A stretch of DNA of 62,440 nucleotides, the filler included. It is 16 parts of 16 records of this genome, joined end to end, with 100 filler letters (N's around TTAATTAATTAA, not from the genome) between each part and the next. Parts side by side here need not be neighbours in the genome. Positions count along the whole stretch, not along the records: positions 57,634 to 62,440 come from SRR11831580_3775; 15 more parts are not named here. One strand, 5' to 3'. Both the position numbers and the translations under genes were made by a program. The notes beneath the pieces were generated by a model that saw only the letters and a list, made by a program, of their open reading frames with translations, did no database searches and had not been told where the DNA came from. How positions within the stretch are numbered: the stretch's first letter is position 1; each line of letters begins with the position of its first letter. Below are positions 60,247 to 62,440 of the stretch, piece after piece.

Positions 60247-60768
60247 TTATCGTCTGCGCCACCACAACATTCCCATCAGTAGCATCCCCGGCAACCACAC
60301 CCACATCAATTCAGAAATAATCACCTGATGCCCGTACGGCGTGGTGTAACGAGACAATGCAAACGGCGCGACTTTTATCACCTGCCAGGGAGCGAAAAAG
60401 CGTTCATCTGACCACGGCCACAGCCAGCCAACGCCTTTACCGCCAGTGGTTACCGAATCCAGCAAGCTGTGCGATAGCAACGAGACGGTTAAAAACAGCC
60501 AGCAGCGAATCAGCCCAGCCCTGAACCATCGGCGTCCAATAAACACACATAACAGCGGGACAACAAACGCAAACACCAGCGAATGGGTAAACCCGCGATG
60601 ACCAAAAACATTGCCGTAAGCAACGCCAAATTTAAACGACAATACGTCGGCGTCGGGCAGCATCGCCAGGATGATTCCGGCAAATAACAGACGCGGAGGG
60701 ATGACTTTCGAACCCAACCCTAAACCAATGCATAGGGGAACGGCGGCGTGCGTAATAACGGTTGGCAT
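60247..60768 (-). CDS. ybcI: Inner membrane metal-dependent hydrolase family protein
   Basis: LPDAD, HRGFTHS. Confidence 0.9.
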   Translation of the reverse strand: MPTVITHAAVPLCIGLGLGSKVIPPRLLFAGIILAMLPDADVLSFKFGVAYGNVFGHRGFTHSLVFAFVVPLLCVFIGRRWFRAGLIRCWLFLTVSLLSHSLLDSVTTGGKGVGWLWPWSDERFFAPWQVIKVAPFALSRYTTPYGHQVIISELMWVWLPGMLLMGMLWWRRR

Positions 60769-60875
60769 GATGGTCGCTTCGGCAAAATGTCGATGCTATC
60801 AGCATGGATGAACGGGGCGTAGAGGGCAAAAGTCTGAAAAGAGAACCGGCCTGTTGATACAGGCCGGGAAAGGGA

Positions 60876-61088
60876 TCAGGCAACAACCTGTACGCTGTGA
60901 CCTGCAAAACTCACTGTCTGACCGGCGACGATTTTGCAGCGTTTGCGCGTTTCAACCGCACCGTCGACTTTCACCTGGCCTTCGGCAATCGCGATTTTCG
61001 CCTGCGCGCCGCTTTCGCTCCAGCCTTCCAGTTTCAGCAAGTCGCACAGCTCAACGTGCGGATGTTTACCTAAAGAAAATGTCGCCAT
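60876..61088 (-). CDS. ybcJ: S4-like RNA-binding protein
   Basis: 70 aa MATFSLGKHPHVELCDLLK. Confidence 0.9.
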   Translation of the reverse strand: MATFSLGKHPHVELCDLLKLEGWSESGAQAKIAIAEGQVKVDGAVETRKRCKIVAGQTVSFAGHSVQVVA

Positions 61089-61089
61089 G

Positions 61090-61956
61090 TTACTCATCCT
61101 GTGGATCATGATATTCAACGCACGCCTGTAGCGTGTTTTCAATCAGCGTGGCAACCGTCATCGGGCCAACGCCGCCGGGAACAGGCGTAATGTATGAGGC
61201 GCGTTTAGCCGCGTCTTCAAACACGACGTCGCCCACAACTTTGCCATTTTCCAGACGGTTGATGCCGACATCAATCACAATTGCGCCTTCTTTGATCCAG
61301 TCACCGGGAATAAAGCCTGGCTTGCCAACGGCAACGATCAATAGATCGGCATTTTCTACGTGATGACGCAGATTTTTAGTGAAGCGGTGAGTCACTGTAG
61401 TGGTGCAACCTGCCAGCAGCAGTTCCATGCTCATCGGGCGGCCAACGATATTCGATGCGCCAATCACCACGGCGTTGAGGCCGAAGGTATCAATGTTGTA
61501 ACGCTCAAGCAGCGTGACGATACCGCGCGGGGTGCAGGGACGCAGACGCGGCGCGCGCTGGCACAGACGACCGACGTTGTAAGGATGGAAACCGTCCACG
61601 TCTTTGTCCGGATGAATACGTTCCAGCACTTTGACGTTATCAATACCCGCCGGTAACGGCAGTTGAACCAGAATGCCATCGATGGTGTTGTCGGCATTCA
61701 GCGTATCGATAAGCTCCAGCAGCTCCGCTTCGCTGGTGGTTTCCGGGAGGTCATAAGAGCGGGAGACGAACCCGACTTCTTCACAAGCCTTGCGTTTGCT
61801 TGCGACATAAATTTGCGATGCAGGGTTACTACCCACCAGCACAACGGCCAGTCCTGGTGCCCGCAGTCCGGCTGCAATACGCGCCTGAACTTTTTGAGCA
61901 ACTTCAGAGCGCACCTGCTGCGCAATCGTTTTACCGTCAATAATCTTTGCTGCCAT
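61090..61956 (-). CDS. folD: Methylene-THF dehydrogenase/cyclohydrolase
   Basis: [23 protein letters not shown]. Confidence 0.98.
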
Positions 61957-62426
61957 CAGAGAGAGGATTCCATCTGTTACGTAGATCGAAGGGGATGCGC
62001 CTATTTTGTCAGAAGCGGGGCGCGCTGTCAGGTTTCGTTTCAGATTTATCGCGTGAAGCGACCTCTTGCGAAGGTGAGGCGCACCGTCGCTGAGACTGAA
62101 AGCTTCATTTTTCGTCCATGATGGCGTTGTAAATCTGGAACTGATTTATTTCCTTGTCTAAGGATTAAGATAATTTAAGAAATACCTGACAATATAAAAA
62201 GAATTTTCAGCCTGGTAATTTACCGCTTCAGGTCTATATTTGTGTTGAATATATTTTGCGCGGAAGTATTCATCTAACGGGGCTCTCTATTTTTTAGAAT
62301 AGAGTGCATATTTTCAATTAAGACATTCTTAGAGGATAAAAAGGAATTTACTACTATCAGTGTCTTAAATAAAGTAATCGGTTATATACGGATGTGGAGT
62401 CGATAAATGAGATTGAAGGAATATAT

Positions 62427-62440
62427 ATGAAATTAAGATT
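62427..62440 (+). CDS. sfmA: Start of the fimbrial subunit gene (partial)
   Basis: AAGGA SD then ATG AAA TTA AGA after an AT-rich region divergent from folD; based on synteny only. Confidence 0.55.

Overview
This window is not one continuous locus. It is 16 unrelated contigs joined by 15 identical 100-nt spacers (44 N + TTAATTAATTAA, which stops all six frames, + 44 N). Fourteen contigs are ordinary Escherichia coli K-12-type chromosome pieces: the CPS-53 prophage yfd genes, mutS/ygbA/fhlA/hypE, rfbBDAC-wzx, ccm/nap, nudF/tolC, malQ/gntT/bioH, tmcA/purC, coaE/guaC, queE/eno, tsx/rib/nusB/thiL, gpr/hyb, folB/plsY/ttdR, pmbA and lpxH/cysS/folD. Two contigs are eukaryotic. (i) 18739-21975 is nuclear rDNA (3' part of 18S, ITS1, 5.8S, ITS2). 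Its 18S is interrupted by four ORF-less group I introns. Two are IE-like, at about S989 and at an apparently rare site near S1090. Two are IC1, at about S1211 and S1389. They look like two sister pairs, and each has a guide sequence matched to its own exons. (ii) 38655-40776 holds a spliced WDR6/Trm734-like gene with seven exons, which the ORF track does not show as one gene. A Roche 454 Titanium paired-end (loxP) linker remnant at 57509-57533, plus single-base homopolymer deletions (one in the essential gene lpxH), point to a 454 assembly. The sample was probably a microbial eukaryote mixed with E. coli (food or cloning host). The intron-rich rDNA is the most interesting element. I cannot name the eukaryote from memory, and all gene and intron-site assignments come from recall, not database searches.
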